DNA from: a virus
Taxonomy: Duplodnaviria > Caudoviricetes
DNA length: 64,000 nucleotides
Virus record (IMG/VR): IMGVR_UViG_3300028186_000155
Direction: 5' to 3' (one strand)
Shown here: piece after piece, positions 37,381 to 46,590 of the stretch
Numbering within the stretch: position 1 is the stretch's first letter
How the letters are laid out: each line of letters opens with the position of its first letter
Position numbers and translations under genes: made by a program
The notes under the pieces: generated by a model
What the model saw: the letters and a program-made list of their open reading frames with translations, nothing else
Database searches by the model: none
What the model was told of the DNA's origin: nothing

Positions 37381-39294
37381 ATGGAAATGATGCTGGCTCT
37401 GGCCGCCGTACCCATGAGCATTGCCCGGCCTCTGGTGAAAAACTGGAACCGTAACGGGCTGGGTGTGCAGGTAATCAAACGTTTCCTGCCAAAGAACAAA
37501 AAGCAGAAGAAAAACACCTATCGCCTCTATCTGCCGATCAAACCAACCAAACAAAAGATCAAAATTCCTGAGCCGATCCTGCATGCGCTGTCGTCCGTTG
37601 GTTACAGCGTTGACGATTACGTGACGGGCATTGCAGTTGATTCTACCGGCAAACGTCGGATGCGAATCGGCAAGCTGTTGAAAGATCAGCAGTTGCTCAA
37701 AGAATTCATGAATGATCCGCAACGCGCTGCACACAAAGACGAATTCACCTGCGTTATTTCCTGCCACCCGTATGACGTGCTGACCATGAGCACCGGGCGC
37801 CGCTGGGATATGACCAGTTGCATGCGCCTCGATCAACCGGGGAAATCGCGTGGCGGTGTAAACCAGCACATCGTGGCCAACGATGTAGCAGAAGGCACAT
37901 TGGTTGCCTATGCAATTTCACCAAACGATACCAATATCAACAAGCCCCATGCGCGCCTGCTGATCAAGCCTTTTGTTGGCCCGAACGGAAGCATTTTGTT
38001 CCGCGTTGAAACCGCTGTTTATGGCACGCCTATTCCCGGTTTCCAAGCAACGGTTAGCCGGTGGCTGCGCCAAGTAAACAAGGGTGCGGAAAGCGGTTTG
38101 TATCATTTGATCGAAGGCCTGTACGATGACGGTGTGGGCAAAGTGCACGCGCATGTCGAGTGGGAAACTGCGAAGGATAAAACGGCAACTCTCCGATCCT
38201 TTGTGAAAGGTGCCTATGCGCAAAACCAAGCGCTTTATGAATTGCTGCTGACCGATAAACGCTGGCTCGATTATTGGGTTGCGCACATCGAAGAAATTTA
38301 CGGATCAGCCGATGAAGCTGCGTTCGAAATGAGCATGTTCTATGGCAACGTTCGCGGCAAAGGTACGACCGGCAAAGCGCGCATTACCGCTAAGCAATTC
38401 GCGGCCCTGATCGACAAGCACCGTGACACTGTGCCAATCCTCGATCTGGTGGAAGTTCTGGCCCCGTTGGAATGGCGCCCCGAATTGCTGAAGGCTTCGA
38501 AATTCCTGCAAGAGGTTGTAGAAGAATCCTATTCGTTCGATCACTTCAACAACGAACCACAACCAGCGGCCTACGTGCTGAATCACGCGGCTTATTATGA
38601 CTCGCGCCTGCTGGGCCTGATCGAAGATAAACCTGAACCCGCCAAGGCCGTTAGCGTAATGCGTGGGCTGATGGCAGGCCTGTATAAACTCACGCCGGAA
38701 TGGTTGAATTCTACGCTGCCGGGTGCCGTGGAATTGCGTGAGCGCGTTGGTTTCCTGCTGGGCATGCTGTATCAGGCCCGTGACGTGAACATTCGCGGCG
38801 ACCGTGAATTGTTGATCAAACTGGCAAATAAACTGAAGGTCGATTATTACTGGACCGAGGACAAGCAGAAATTCCTCGACAAATTGCGCTGGAACAGAAT
38901 TTTCGACCGCAACACCACCATGAAAGCCGAAAGCATGCTGTGTGCACTCGACAATTCGTGGCCTGCACAAGATCCGTATTTGATCGTGAATGCCGACGAT
39001 TTCGTGCTCGAAAATCAGGAAGTCTTCAAACGTCTGACCGACCTCGGTAGCACCCTGATGCAAAGCGCCATGTGGACCGTATTGAATTCGGTTCTGCATC
39101 GTAAGAGCTTGAGTGCCGCAACGTGGCGCCAGCAATTCCCGTGGACTATCAAGTTCATCGAGGCTGTGGCCAAGGGCAATGCGGGTGAACGTGACGAAGG
39201 ACAGATGAAACGCGCGCAATATTTCGTGAACGATCTGAAAAAGAACGACGACGAAATGGACGAAATCATGCGGCAACTAGGCGAAGATTTTTAA
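37381..39294 (+). CDS. large protein, paralogue A, with MEMMLALAA leader
   Basis: N-terminal ~250 aa shared with 39307 (ISCHPYD..MSTGR.WD.TSCMRL...AEGTLVAY). Confidence 0.8.
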   Translation: MEMMLALAAVPMSIARPLVKNWNRNGLGVQVIKRFLPKNKKQKKNTYRLYLPIKPTKQKIKIPEPILHALSSVGYSVDDYVTGIAVDSTGKRRMRIGKLLKDQQLLKEFMNDPQRAAHKDEFTCVISCHPYDVLTMSTGRRWDMTSCMRLDQPGKSRGGVNQHIVANDVAEGTLVAYAISPNDTNINKPHARLLIKPFVGPNGSILFRVETAVYGTPIPGFQATVSRWLRQVNKGAESGLYHLIEGLYDDGVGKVHAHVEWETAKDKTATLRSFVKGAYAQNQALYELLLTDKRWLDYWVAHIEEIYGSADEAAFEMSMFYGNVRGKGTTGKARITAKQFAALIDKHRDTVPILDLVEVLAPLEWRPELLKASKFLQEVVEESYSFDHFNNEPQPAAYVLNHAAYYDSRLLGLIEDKPEPAKAVSVMRGLMAGLYKLTPEWLNSTLPGAVELRERVGFLLGMLYQARDVNIRGDRELLIKLANKLKVDYYWTEDKQKFLDKLRWNRIFDRNTTMKAESMLCALDNSWPAQDPYLIVNADDFVLENQEVFKRLTDLGSTLMQSAMWTVLNSVLHRKSLSAATWRQQFPWTIKFIEAVAKGNAGERDEGQMKRAQYFVNDLKKNDDEMDEIMRQLGEDF

Positions 39295-39306
39295 GGAAAC
39301 CTTTCA

Positions 39307-42060
39307 ATGAAAACAGAAGTGGCATTGGCCGCAGTGTCCATGAAGACGGCGCTGAAATACCGCCGTAACTGGAACAAAGATGCACCCGCCGTACACCTGC
39401 TGCAATCCATGATGCCGAAAGGGCCGGGCCGCAAAGGCTACCGCCTGTATTTCGATATCGGTCAACAGCACCGCACCCACTTTACGATCCCGCCCGCTGT
39501 GCGTTCAGCACTGCAACGCGCCGGTTACGTGGCCACTGATTACCTCGCAAAGAAATGCGTAAAAATCAGTGACAAAGAGCAAAAGAACGTGACCAACATC
39601 GGCAAGGTGATTGCCAAAGATCCGCATGCGAAAGCAGCGTTCGATAATGACCCACAATTGCAGAATACCAAACAGGGTTCGTTGCAGGTGGTGATCAGCT
39701 GTCACCCATACGACATTATCGGCATGAGCACCGGTCGCGATTGGGATTTGACAAGCTGCATGCGACTGGCCGATGGTGAGCACCGTTTGAATCCCGGCAT
39801 TAACCAACACTACGTCAAAAACGATGTGGCTGAAGGTACGCTGGTGGCCTACGTGGTTTCCTCCGACGACCAGAATATTCAGCGGCCTAAAGCGCGCTGT
39901 TTGCTGAAGCCATTTATCAACGCGAAGGGTGACGTTTTGTATCGTCGCGAAACCCGCGTTTACGGCAACCCTGTGCCCGGTTTTGATTTGGTGATTGCAC
40001 GTTTCCTGCGCCAAGCCAATAAAGACCTGCCGTCCGACCGATTCCATATGGCAGAAACGCTGTATAACGACGGCATGGGCACCGAAATGTTCCATGAGCA
40101 AAGTGACGAAAATAACTATTCGGCACACGATGCACTGATGGACCCGGAACTGGCGCTGGATTATATTCAGCAGCGGGTGTTGGTTCTGAAAAACTCTGAT
40201 GATTCAGAAGCGAAAAAGCAGATTGCCCAACAGATTTATCAGTATCTCGATTCCAATGAAGCCGAGAAACTGCACGATACGCAGATTACAGAAATCGTTG
40301 ATGCCCTTAAAGGCGTCAAGGAATTTGTGGATGAACTCAACAACCAATCCACCATGGGCGCGGGCCTGCGTCCGCTGCCTGCACGTATCGGTCGTGCACT
40401 GGGCGCCTTCGATGGGTTTAAAGACCTCGACCAAAAAACCGTGAGCAAATTACCGCTGAGTTTGGTAAATTCGCTGAGCATCGGCGGCGGTGCCGTTATG
40501 GAGGAAATGCTGGGACGCTTGCAGGCAATGACCGAGCACAGCAACCTTGCAACAAACTCAAAAACCTTCCGCATGATTATGACCGGTGTGTATCCAGTAC
40601 CGCCAAAAGAAGTGCTGGAGAAATACCAGAAGGTTGGCCACGCGCTGTATTCGATGGCTTCGGCTGCACGTCACATGCTGTTGCTTGACGACGATTCGAT
40701 GCAAAAAGTTGCCTACGAAATTCTCGATATGGATCTGAGTTTCGAAGAGCCTTTGCGCACAGAAGAAATGGCCGATCTGGTTTATCAGGCCGGTGGCACG
40801 GGTCTGTCGATTTGCTACAACATCGATAACCTTGGCCGTCTCGATTCCAACACGTTGTGGGTTCCACCGGTCGGCGTTGTGGCCAACACCCTGACCCGTA
40901 AAGCTTTCCGCCTGCTGGATAAATACGATAAAGATGGCCGGGTGGAAATGTGGGTTGGTGAAATCAAGAAAAACATGGTTGAGCAGTTGCTGTACAGCCC
41001 TGAAAAACTGCGCGATTACAAAGATTTCCTGCCACGCCTGCGCGATTGGTTGAACGAGAACACCGAAGCGGTGCAGACTCTGGTTTCTCAATGGAACCCG
41101 AAACAGGTTAAAGCGTTGGCAGAATTCCACCTGCCATCCGTAATGCACCTGAACGATAACGGCATCATTTTCGGTTCGCAAACTGCCGACACTATCAACG
41201 GTATTTTGCCGTCGCTGGTTGCGTGGGATGGCGAGCCGCTGATTCCAGAATCGCAGGATATGGTCGAGATTTGCCAGCTGATGGTTGCAGCCGGTAATCT
41301 GCTGGAAAAACCGCTGCATTTGGAAAAGAAATTCGATCCAGAAACGTTCGAAGAGCAAGACGTGGTGGACGTTGCCGAGAACTTCCAAACCGGTATGGGC
41401 CGCCGTCGCCACCAGCGCACCACCACGTTTGGCGCCCTGCTGAACAAAATCGAAATCAACGGCGAAAAACCTGATATCACGTGGCGCATGGAACTGGTTG
41501 AGCACAACGGTGCCGATGGCATTGGTTGGGTTCCACCGGAAAAACTGCCGCAACTGATCCGCAAATTGCTGGCGATGGTTGCCAACATGGATTCGTTGGA
41601 TACCGCGATTCTGGCCCTGACCCGTTTGGTTCACAATACCAATATGATTCACCCTGTGGACGTACAGGAAGAATTGAATAATCGGATGGACATGGGCTTT
41701 ATCCAATATCCAGACGAAGACGAAATGGATGCAGCGGCCTACGAAGAGGCATTGGAAGCCTACGAAGAAAACCGCCAGCGCATCGAAGACGAACTGACGG
41801 CACAGCGCGAAAAAACTCTGGACCTCAACGAACAATTGCTGCTGGTTCTGGAAAAGGTTGCCGACTTTGTTGGCATGGATGATTTCGATGAAAGTCTGGA
41901 TGATGACGAAGCTGAAGCTATGCCATTCGACGTGAAAACTCCGAACATTCGCGAAAATCAATGGGCGGATCAAGCCGATGAAGTCCACGGTCTGCGCCGT
42001 GAGATTTACGACGCGCAACAAACGCGCCCGGATGAATTGCAGGAAATGCGGGACGAATAA
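39307..42060 (+). CDS. large protein, paralogue B, with MKTEVALAA leader and acidic C-terminus
   Basis: Paralogue of 37381; AAGGA RBS. Confidence 0.8.
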   Translation: MKTEVALAAVSMKTALKYRRNWNKDAPAVHLLQSMMPKGPGRKGYRLYFDIGQQHRTHFTIPPAVRSALQRAGYVATDYLAKKCVKISDKEQKNVTNIGKVIAKDPHAKAAFDNDPQLQNTKQGSLQVVISCHPYDIIGMSTGRDWDLTSCMRLADGEHRLNPGINQHYVKNDVAEGTLVAYVVSSDDQNIQRPKARCLLKPFINAKGDVLYRRETRVYGNPVPGFDLVIARFLRQANKDLPSDRFHMAETLYNDGMGTEMFHEQSDENNYSAHDALMDPELALDYIQQRVLVLKNSDDSEAKKQIAQQIYQYLDSNEAEKLHDTQITEIVDALKGVKEFVDELNNQSTMGAGLRPLPARIGRALGAFDGFKDLDQKTVSKLPLSLVNSLSIGGGAVMEEMLGRLQAMTEHSNLATNSKTFRMIMTGVYPVPPKEVLEKYQKVGHALYSMASAARHMLLLDDDSMQKVAYEILDMDLSFEEPLRTEEMADLVYQAGGTGLSICYNIDNLGRLDSNTLWVPPVGVVANTLTRKAFRLLDKYDKDGRVEMWVGEIKKNMVEQLLYSPEKLRDYKDFLPRLRDWLNENTEAVQTLVSQWNPKQVKALAEFHLPSVMHLNDNGIIFGSQTADTINGILPSLVAWDGEPLIPESQDMVEICQLMVAAGNLLEKPLHLEKKFDPETFEEQDVVDVAENFQTGMGRRRHQRTTTFGALLNKIEINGEKPDITWRMELVEHNGADGIGWVPPEKLPQLIRKLLAMVANMDSLDTAILALTRLVHNTNMIHPVDVQEELNNRMDMGFIQYPDEDEMDAAAYEEALEAYEENRQRIEDELTAQREKTLDLNEQLLLVLEKVADFVGMDDFDESLDDDEAEAMPFDVKTPNIRENQWADQADEVHGLRREIYDAQQTRPDELQEMRDE

Positions 42061-42125
42061 AACGGTAATTTGATTGTATATGCCGGGACCGCGTGTCCCG
42101 GTTTCAATCATGCAGAGGATTCGAA

Positions 42126-42548
42126 ATGGAAGTTTGGATAGCACTCGCTGCCGAAGATATTAGCGCCCGGATTTCCGACGGTGTGCGGCAGATTATGAAA
42201 CGCAGCTACACTTCGCTTTTCGCCAACGTTTTCACGCAAGTTTACGATATCGAAGATCGCAAGAAATCCGAAATCAAACAGGTGCGTGAAATGGATAAAG
42301 ACCTGTCGCCGGTTCTGGTGACGGTTGAAGACCAGAAGCACCAGAAACTGACTTTCGTTTTTGCTGTGCCGAACATTGGCAACGTGCTGCATATTCCGAA
42401 CCCGGCCCAAGGTTACATTTTGCACGATAACAAAGTGCAGGAATTCGATTTGGAATCGCGGGTAATCAAGGTGCGCGGTATCGACTACGCGATTGCAGCA
42501 GCAGTCGCCCGGCGAGCGCCGAACTTCCTCGATTTTGGTGCACGTTAA
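42126..42548 (+). CDS. hypothetical protein with MEVWIALAA leader
   Basis: Leader; GAGGA RBS. Confidence 0.75.
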   Translation: MEVWIALAAEDISARISDGVRQIMKRSYTSLFANVFTQVYDIEDRKKSEIKQVREMDKDLSPVLVTVEDQKHQKLTFVFAVPNIGNVLHIPNPAQGYILHDNKVQEFDLESRVIKVRGIDYAIAAAVARRAPNFLDFGAR

Positions 42549-42766
42549 TGGAAGTGCTGATTTCATTGGCAAAGGCGGGTAGTGCCGAACGGTGGGACGA
42601 AATCCCTGAGACGCGTTTTGATAACGCAAAGGAAGGGCGACCACTGAAAGCCACCGGAAAGAAAAAGCGTAGAAAAATCCGTCTGAAAAGCGGATTGATC
42701 GACACGCCAATCGAAGGGGCCGAGACGCACTATCTCGACATTCAGGATACGGTTCGTTGTCCGTGA
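42548..42766 (+). CDS. small basic protein with MEVLISLA leader
   Basis: Leader; TAATG coupling. Confidence 0.7.
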   Translation: MEVLISLAKAGSAERWDEIPETRFDNAKEGRPLKATGKKKRRKIRLKSGLIDTPIEGAETHYLDIQDTVRCP

Positions 42767-42773
42767 GGAAACC

Positions 42774-43037
42774 ATGCCGAAATTAACAATTAAAGGGATT
42801 GCTAAGCAACCCGAAAATGTCGAAAACCCACAACACGAAGGCACGCGCCTGACGAAGTGGGAAGACGACGACAAAATGATCAAGAAAATGCCACGCTCGA
42901 AAAAGAAAACCTTGCTGAAGGATCGCACGCGTTCCGGGGCACAGGGAGCAATGGCATTCCCTCATGATTACATTGAAAAAATGCACGTGTCTAAATCGAA
43001 TTGGTTGGGCCGTCGTGAGCGGGGACGCGACCGATGA
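42774..43037 (+). CDS. small basic hypothetical protein
   Basis: GAGGA RBS. Confidence 0.65.
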   Translation: MPKLTIKGIAKQPENVENPQHEGTRLTKWEDDDKMIKKMPRSKKKTLLKDRTRSGAQGAMAFPHDYIEKMHVSKSNWLGRRERGRDR

Positions 43038-43585
43038 CCGAAATCATTATCGATGGATTTGCGTGCGACGAACCAAAAGAATCTACCGGACGTTTCAAAG
43101 AGATTTTCGGTGATCCGTTTGGCGAGCCACACCCGCACAACCCATTCACGCCTGAAGCCTTTGGCGAGACGTTTGAGCGGGTCAACGCTAAGCCGCGTGT
43201 GAAGGGAATAGCCGAGGATTGGTTCCGCAACGAACTGCGCAAGGGCCTTGAGCGCTCGCGTAAGATGCGCGAAAACAACAACTATGAATCGGTGGCTAGT
43301 GTTCCCCCGTCGAAGAGCCAGCACGCCAAGCAGAAGGCCGACCGGGCGCTGCACAAGGGCATCAAGACGGCACAAGACCACAAGCAAAAGAAGGTGCGTT
43401 CGTTGGGTCAGTTGCAAAAGCAATTGGCGCTAATCAATACGAAGCGGCCCAAAGATCCGGCCAAGATAAAAACTTGGACCGAGCGCCGCCGTGCACTGGC
43501 CAACAAAATTTCCGAGAAACGCGAATCTGTGCGCTACTCGGATAAACGCGTTGCTGGGCTGCGGGAGGAATACCGTGGAAATTGA
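43034..43585 (+). CDS. basic hypothetical protein
   Basis: ATGA overlap with the upstream gene. Confidence 0.7.
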   Translation: MTEIIIDGFACDEPKESTGRFKEIFGDPFGEPHPHNPFTPEAFGETFERVNAKPRVKGIAEDWFRNELRKGLERSRKMRENNNYESVASVPPSKSQHAKQKADRALHKGIKTAQDHKQKKVRSLGQLQKQLALINTKRPKDPAKIKTWTERRRALANKISEKRESVRYSDKRVAGLREEYRGN

Positions 43586-43961
43586 AATGAGTTTCAAAGA
43601 GCCTGACGCGGTAGAATTGAGCACCATGGCAAATCTGGCGTCCATGCTTCAGGAATTCATGCCGGATTGGACTGTGAATTATATGCGGGTCGAAGTTCCT
43701 TTCGAATTGCGTGCATTTTTCACCAACGGCGTAATGTTTCACCGGGCGACCTACCAGCTGTTCAAATACGAGCACGAATTTTTCATCCACGTGGATTTCA
43801 AAGCCAAGGTTGAAATTTACGTGATCCAAAAGCGTCACACTGAAATATTGCGGCGCAAACTCTACATTGTGGAAAGGCCGGACAGCCTGAAGCTATTCCG
43901 CATTATCACCAATGAACTGGAGGCCGTCGCGTATGGCTATAAAGAAAGCGAAATCAATTAA
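43575..43961 (+). CDS. hypothetical protein (GTG start)
   Basis: GGAGG RBS before GTG. Confidence 0.65.
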   Translation: MEIEMSFKEPDAVELSTMANLASMLQEFMPDWTVNYMRVEVPFELRAFFTNGVMFHRATYQLFKYEHEFFIHVDFKAKVEIYVIQKRHTEILRRKLYIVERPDSLKLFRIITNELEAVAYGYKESEIN

Positions 43962-44373
43962 GAAGCCATCCAAAACCAGCGGTAAGAAAACCAAGATTTC
44001 AGGCGTAGCAGCACGCGCCAGAAAGCTGGGTTTGCAATCGATGGGTTATGGTCGCTGGGGTAAAATGGGGCGCATCACGCACCGTACCAGCGAAGGCAAA
44101 CTGGTTGAGGTTAAAGATTCAAAGCACAACCGGGTAATGACCCGCGACGGCAAAAACAAAGCGAAAACCCTGCTGGCCAAACTGGGCGAGCAACACACGC
44201 AAAAAATGGTCAAGATCAAAATGGCGCTGAAAAAGGCCGAAGGTCGCGACGACAAGGAACAAGTTCGCCACCTGACAAGCCTGCTGGACAAATCCAAAAA
44301 GGAAATGGAAAAGACACGGGAACGCACGCTCAAGCTGCACGGGCGCCCGAAGAAAGCCGCTGGCAAGCCGTAA
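43933..44373 (+). CDS. highly basic hypothetical protein
   Basis: GGAGG RBS; Lys/Arg rich. Confidence 0.7.
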   Translation: MAIKKAKSIKKPSKTSGKKTKISGVAARARKLGLQSMGYGRWGKMGRITHRTSEGKLVEVKDSKHNRVMTRDGKNKAKTLLAKLGEQHTQKMVKIKMALKKAEGRDDKEQVRHLTSLLDKSKKEMEKTRERTLKLHGRPKKAAGKP

Positions 44374-44419
44374 CAAAAAAGCCCCCGAATCCACTACGGA
44401 AACGGGGGCTTTTTTGTTT
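44372..44419. terminator. bidirectional terminator between convergent blocks
   Basis: AACAAAAAAGCCCCCG...CGGGGGCTTTTTTGTT. Confidence 0.85.
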
Positions 44420-44428
44420 GTGCCGGGG

Positions 44429-44707
44429 TCAAGACTGGGGCATTAGCTGAAGGGTCTGTATGGCGCTGCGCGTGCGCGTGGTGGCTTCGCGAATAGTTAG
44501 GCGCTGGGTATCTACCAGCAAGCGCGCCAAATCGCGTACATGGCCCACGGCGGCCTCATACAGGGGTTTCTGTTGGGCTTCTGGCAGCGCTTCGAAGTAG
44601 CGCCCGCCCCATTCGATTTCGATGGTATCCAAAAACGGATCGTAGGTTGCGCACAGGCGTTTGCCCAGCAATTCAGCGCCAACGGAAACGCGGTTGATGG
44701 TGGTCAT
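44429..44707 (-). CDS. hypothetical protein
   Basis: GGAG RBS on the minus strand. Confidence 0.7.
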   Translation of the reverse strand: MTTINRVSVGAELLGKRLCATYDPFLDTIEIEWGGRYFEALPEAQQKPLYEAAVGHVRDLARLLVDTQRLTIREATTRTRSAIQTLQLMPQS

Positions 44708-44726
44708 TGATCAGACTCCAAAGAAA

Positions 44727-44742
44727 AGGCCCCGAAGGGCCT
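44727..44742 (-). terminator. UUCG hairpin (AGGCCCTTCGGGGCCT)
   Basis: Identical copy at 45056-45071. Confidence 0.6.
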
Positions 44743-44749
44743 TGATGAA

Positions 44750-45040
44750 TTAGTTTTGCGGGCGTCCGCGTTTGCTTACCAGTTTGTCACGCGCCGCGCC
44801 TATCAGGCGTTCGACTTCCTCTGAATCGGCGTTGTACATGTGAATCAGGGTGCTTTCGAGTTCCATCAGAATATCAACGGCGCGGGCCGCGTTGGCTTCG
44901 CGGGTAACGCTGCTGGCGCTCTCAAATGGCGAGCCATTGATGGTCACTTTAACGCTGTGCGAATCCGCGTGATACTCGGCCTTTACAACCACGGTCGATT
45001 CGACGGAAAGGCCGTTTTGCGGGAAGTTGGTACGGTTCAT
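44750..45040 (-). CDS. hypothetical protein
   Basis: GGAG RBS. Confidence 0.7.
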   Translation of the reverse strand: MNRTNFPQNGLSVESTVVVKAEYHADSHSVKVTINGSPFESASSVTREANAARAVDILMELESTLIHMYNADSEEVERLIGAARDKLVSKRGRPQN

Positions 45041-45083
45041 TGCATGTCTCCAAAGAGGCCCCGAAGGGCCTTAACGAAAAGGG

Positions 45084-45446
45084 TTAGCCGCGCCACTGGC
45101 GGGCAATACGGGCATCGCGGTACTGGTCCCGGCGTTCGTTGTACACGCGCACCAGACTAACGTCCAGCGACTTGGCCGGGCATTTCGCCAACCATTCATC
45201 AAACGCCGCCATGATGATAACCAGCGTTTCGTCATTCAGCGTTTTTGGATTGGGCCACGTGGTGAAACCGTTCCCGGCGATATCGTGATACACGTCGAGT
45301 ATCAACGCATCAGCAGCACCACCGAAAGCGCGACCCAGCGTAACCATGCAACCGCCCGTGGTTGGTTTCTGGCTGATGACGGTCACGCCGCCTTGCGTGG
45401 TGCCAGCGTTGAAAGAGCTTTCGATAACGAGGTTTTTAGTGTCCAT
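45084..45446 (-). CDS. hypothetical protein
   Basis: Start MDTKNL coupled to the upstream stop. Confidence 0.65.
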   Translation of the reverse strand: MDTKNLVIESSFNAGTTQGGVTVISQKPTTGGCMVTLGRAFGGAADALILDVYHDIAGNGFTTWPNPKTLNDETLVIIMAAFDEWLAKCPAKSLDVSLVRVYNERRDQYRDARIARQWRG

Positions 45447-45796
45447 CACTGGTGCTCCATCCAAATGTTGTTCATGTCTTTGCGCAGCTTCAGCAGGGCG
45501 CGCACAAGGTCGGCATTGATAAGGCGATTCGGGAACTCGGCAAACCAAAGGTCGATGGTTTCAACGCAGCATTCCAAAATCGACGGGTGCCAGTGTTCGA
45601 AAGGTTGGTTTTCCCACACCGGCCCCGGTTTGGTGACGGGTGCGTTTTTGGTGGTATCCCAATCGACGCTGGCGGCCCAAATCACTTTGTAGGTCACGGC
45701 TGCGCCATCGGTTTCAAGGCTAACGCTGAAGTCGCCCGAGCGGTGCATAACAGCGATGGTCGATGTGTTCGGGGTGAACTCTTTGGTGATGGTCAT
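45446..45796 (-). CDS. hypothetical protein
   Basis: First gene after the sigma70 promoter. Confidence 0.65.
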   Translation of the reverse strand: MTITKEFTPNTSTIAVMHRSGDFSVSLETDGAAVTYKVIWAASVDWDTTKNAPVTKPGPVWENQPFEHWHPSILECCVETIDLWFAEFPNRLINADLVRALLKLRKDMNNIWMEHQ

Positions 45797-45837
45797 TTGG
45801 TGGCCCTGTCGGCGGTTGGTAGAACGAAAGAGGCCCA

Positions 45838-45866
45838 AAGGTATCGAACGCCAAACCGTTTGTCAA
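45838..45866 (-). promoter_or_regulatory. host sigma70-type (early) promoter
   Basis: TTGACA-N17-TACCTT on the minus strand, ~40 nt upstream of ATG 45796. Confidence 0.7.
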
Positions 45867-45895
45867 CCACTCACGCGATTTGGGAAGTTACGGGC

Positions 45896-45933
45896 AAACA
45901 AAAGCCCCGCGCCACAAAGGGCTAACGGGGCTT
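45896..45933 (-). terminator. terminator ending the thyA/DHFR operon
   Basis: AAGCCCCG...CGGGGCTTTTGTTT on the minus strand. Confidence 0.7.
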
Positions 45934-45938
45934 AGGTT

Positions 45939-46253
45939 CTAGCTAATGGTTACGGTGCCGCGTTGCTCAAGTACCACATACATTTCGTGGCCGCGCATCT
46001 GTTCGGCGGAATTTATGACCGTGTGCGCATGGATAAACATATGCAGCTTCAAATGGTCGTGCTTGGGGATTTCGTGTTCACCATACAAAAAGATATGGCG
46101 CGACCAATCCACTTCGGGACCGAGCAAACGCATTTTCTGTGCGACTTCTGGATGTGAGCGGAAAGTTACACAACGATTTTTCAGCACATCCAAAAAGATC
46201 GGTTCCAGCTTCCCGTCCTTGTCCAAAACCTGTTGCGTTGGAATCACGCGCAT
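45939..46253 (-). CDS. hypothetical protein
   Basis: Operon-coupled ORF. Confidence 0.65.
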   Translation of the reverse strand: MRVIPTQQVLDKDGKLEPIFLDVLKNRCVTFRSHPEVAQKMRLLGPEVDWSRHIFLYGEHEIPKHDHLKLHMFIHAHTVINSAEQMRGHEMYVVLEQRGTVTIS

Positions 46254-46254
46254 T

Positions 46255-46590
46255 TCAATCCCCTTCGAAAATCATTTGGCCCATACAGCTGATCACCATG
46301 GTTTCCATGAATCCAGTTCCATATGAAAGCACTACGTCGTTGGTCCTGAATGCGTAGGACGCGCCGGGATTTGTCAGATCGTGCAAATCATCACGGGTCA
46401 TACGAACAACTTTGTCGGGATTCAGGCCGGTGGTACTGAAGCCTGCGATGCTGTCGAGTTTTTCGTAGACGTACATTTTCATGCCGGGTCTACGTTTCAG
46501 CAGCGTGGCGAACATTTTGTCGATGCCGTCCACGCACAGGGCGTCAATGCTGAATGCGCATTTGTCTGGATCAAGCTTGAAATCAATCAC
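46255..46590 (-). CDS. hypothetical protein
   Basis: Operon-coupled ORF. Confidence 0.65.
   Translation of the reverse strand: MIDFKLDPDKCAFSIDALCVDGIDKMFATLLKRRPGMKMYVYEKLDSIAGFSTTGLNPDKVVRMTRDDLHDLTNPGASYAFRTNDVVLSYGTGFMETMVISCMGQMIFEGD

Noticed and set aside
30605-42766. Leader as a Sec or lipoprotein signal peptide
   Set aside because: No basic n-region in most cases, only ~5 hydrophobic residues, no lipobox Cys, and the cargoes are cytoplasmic-type enzymes
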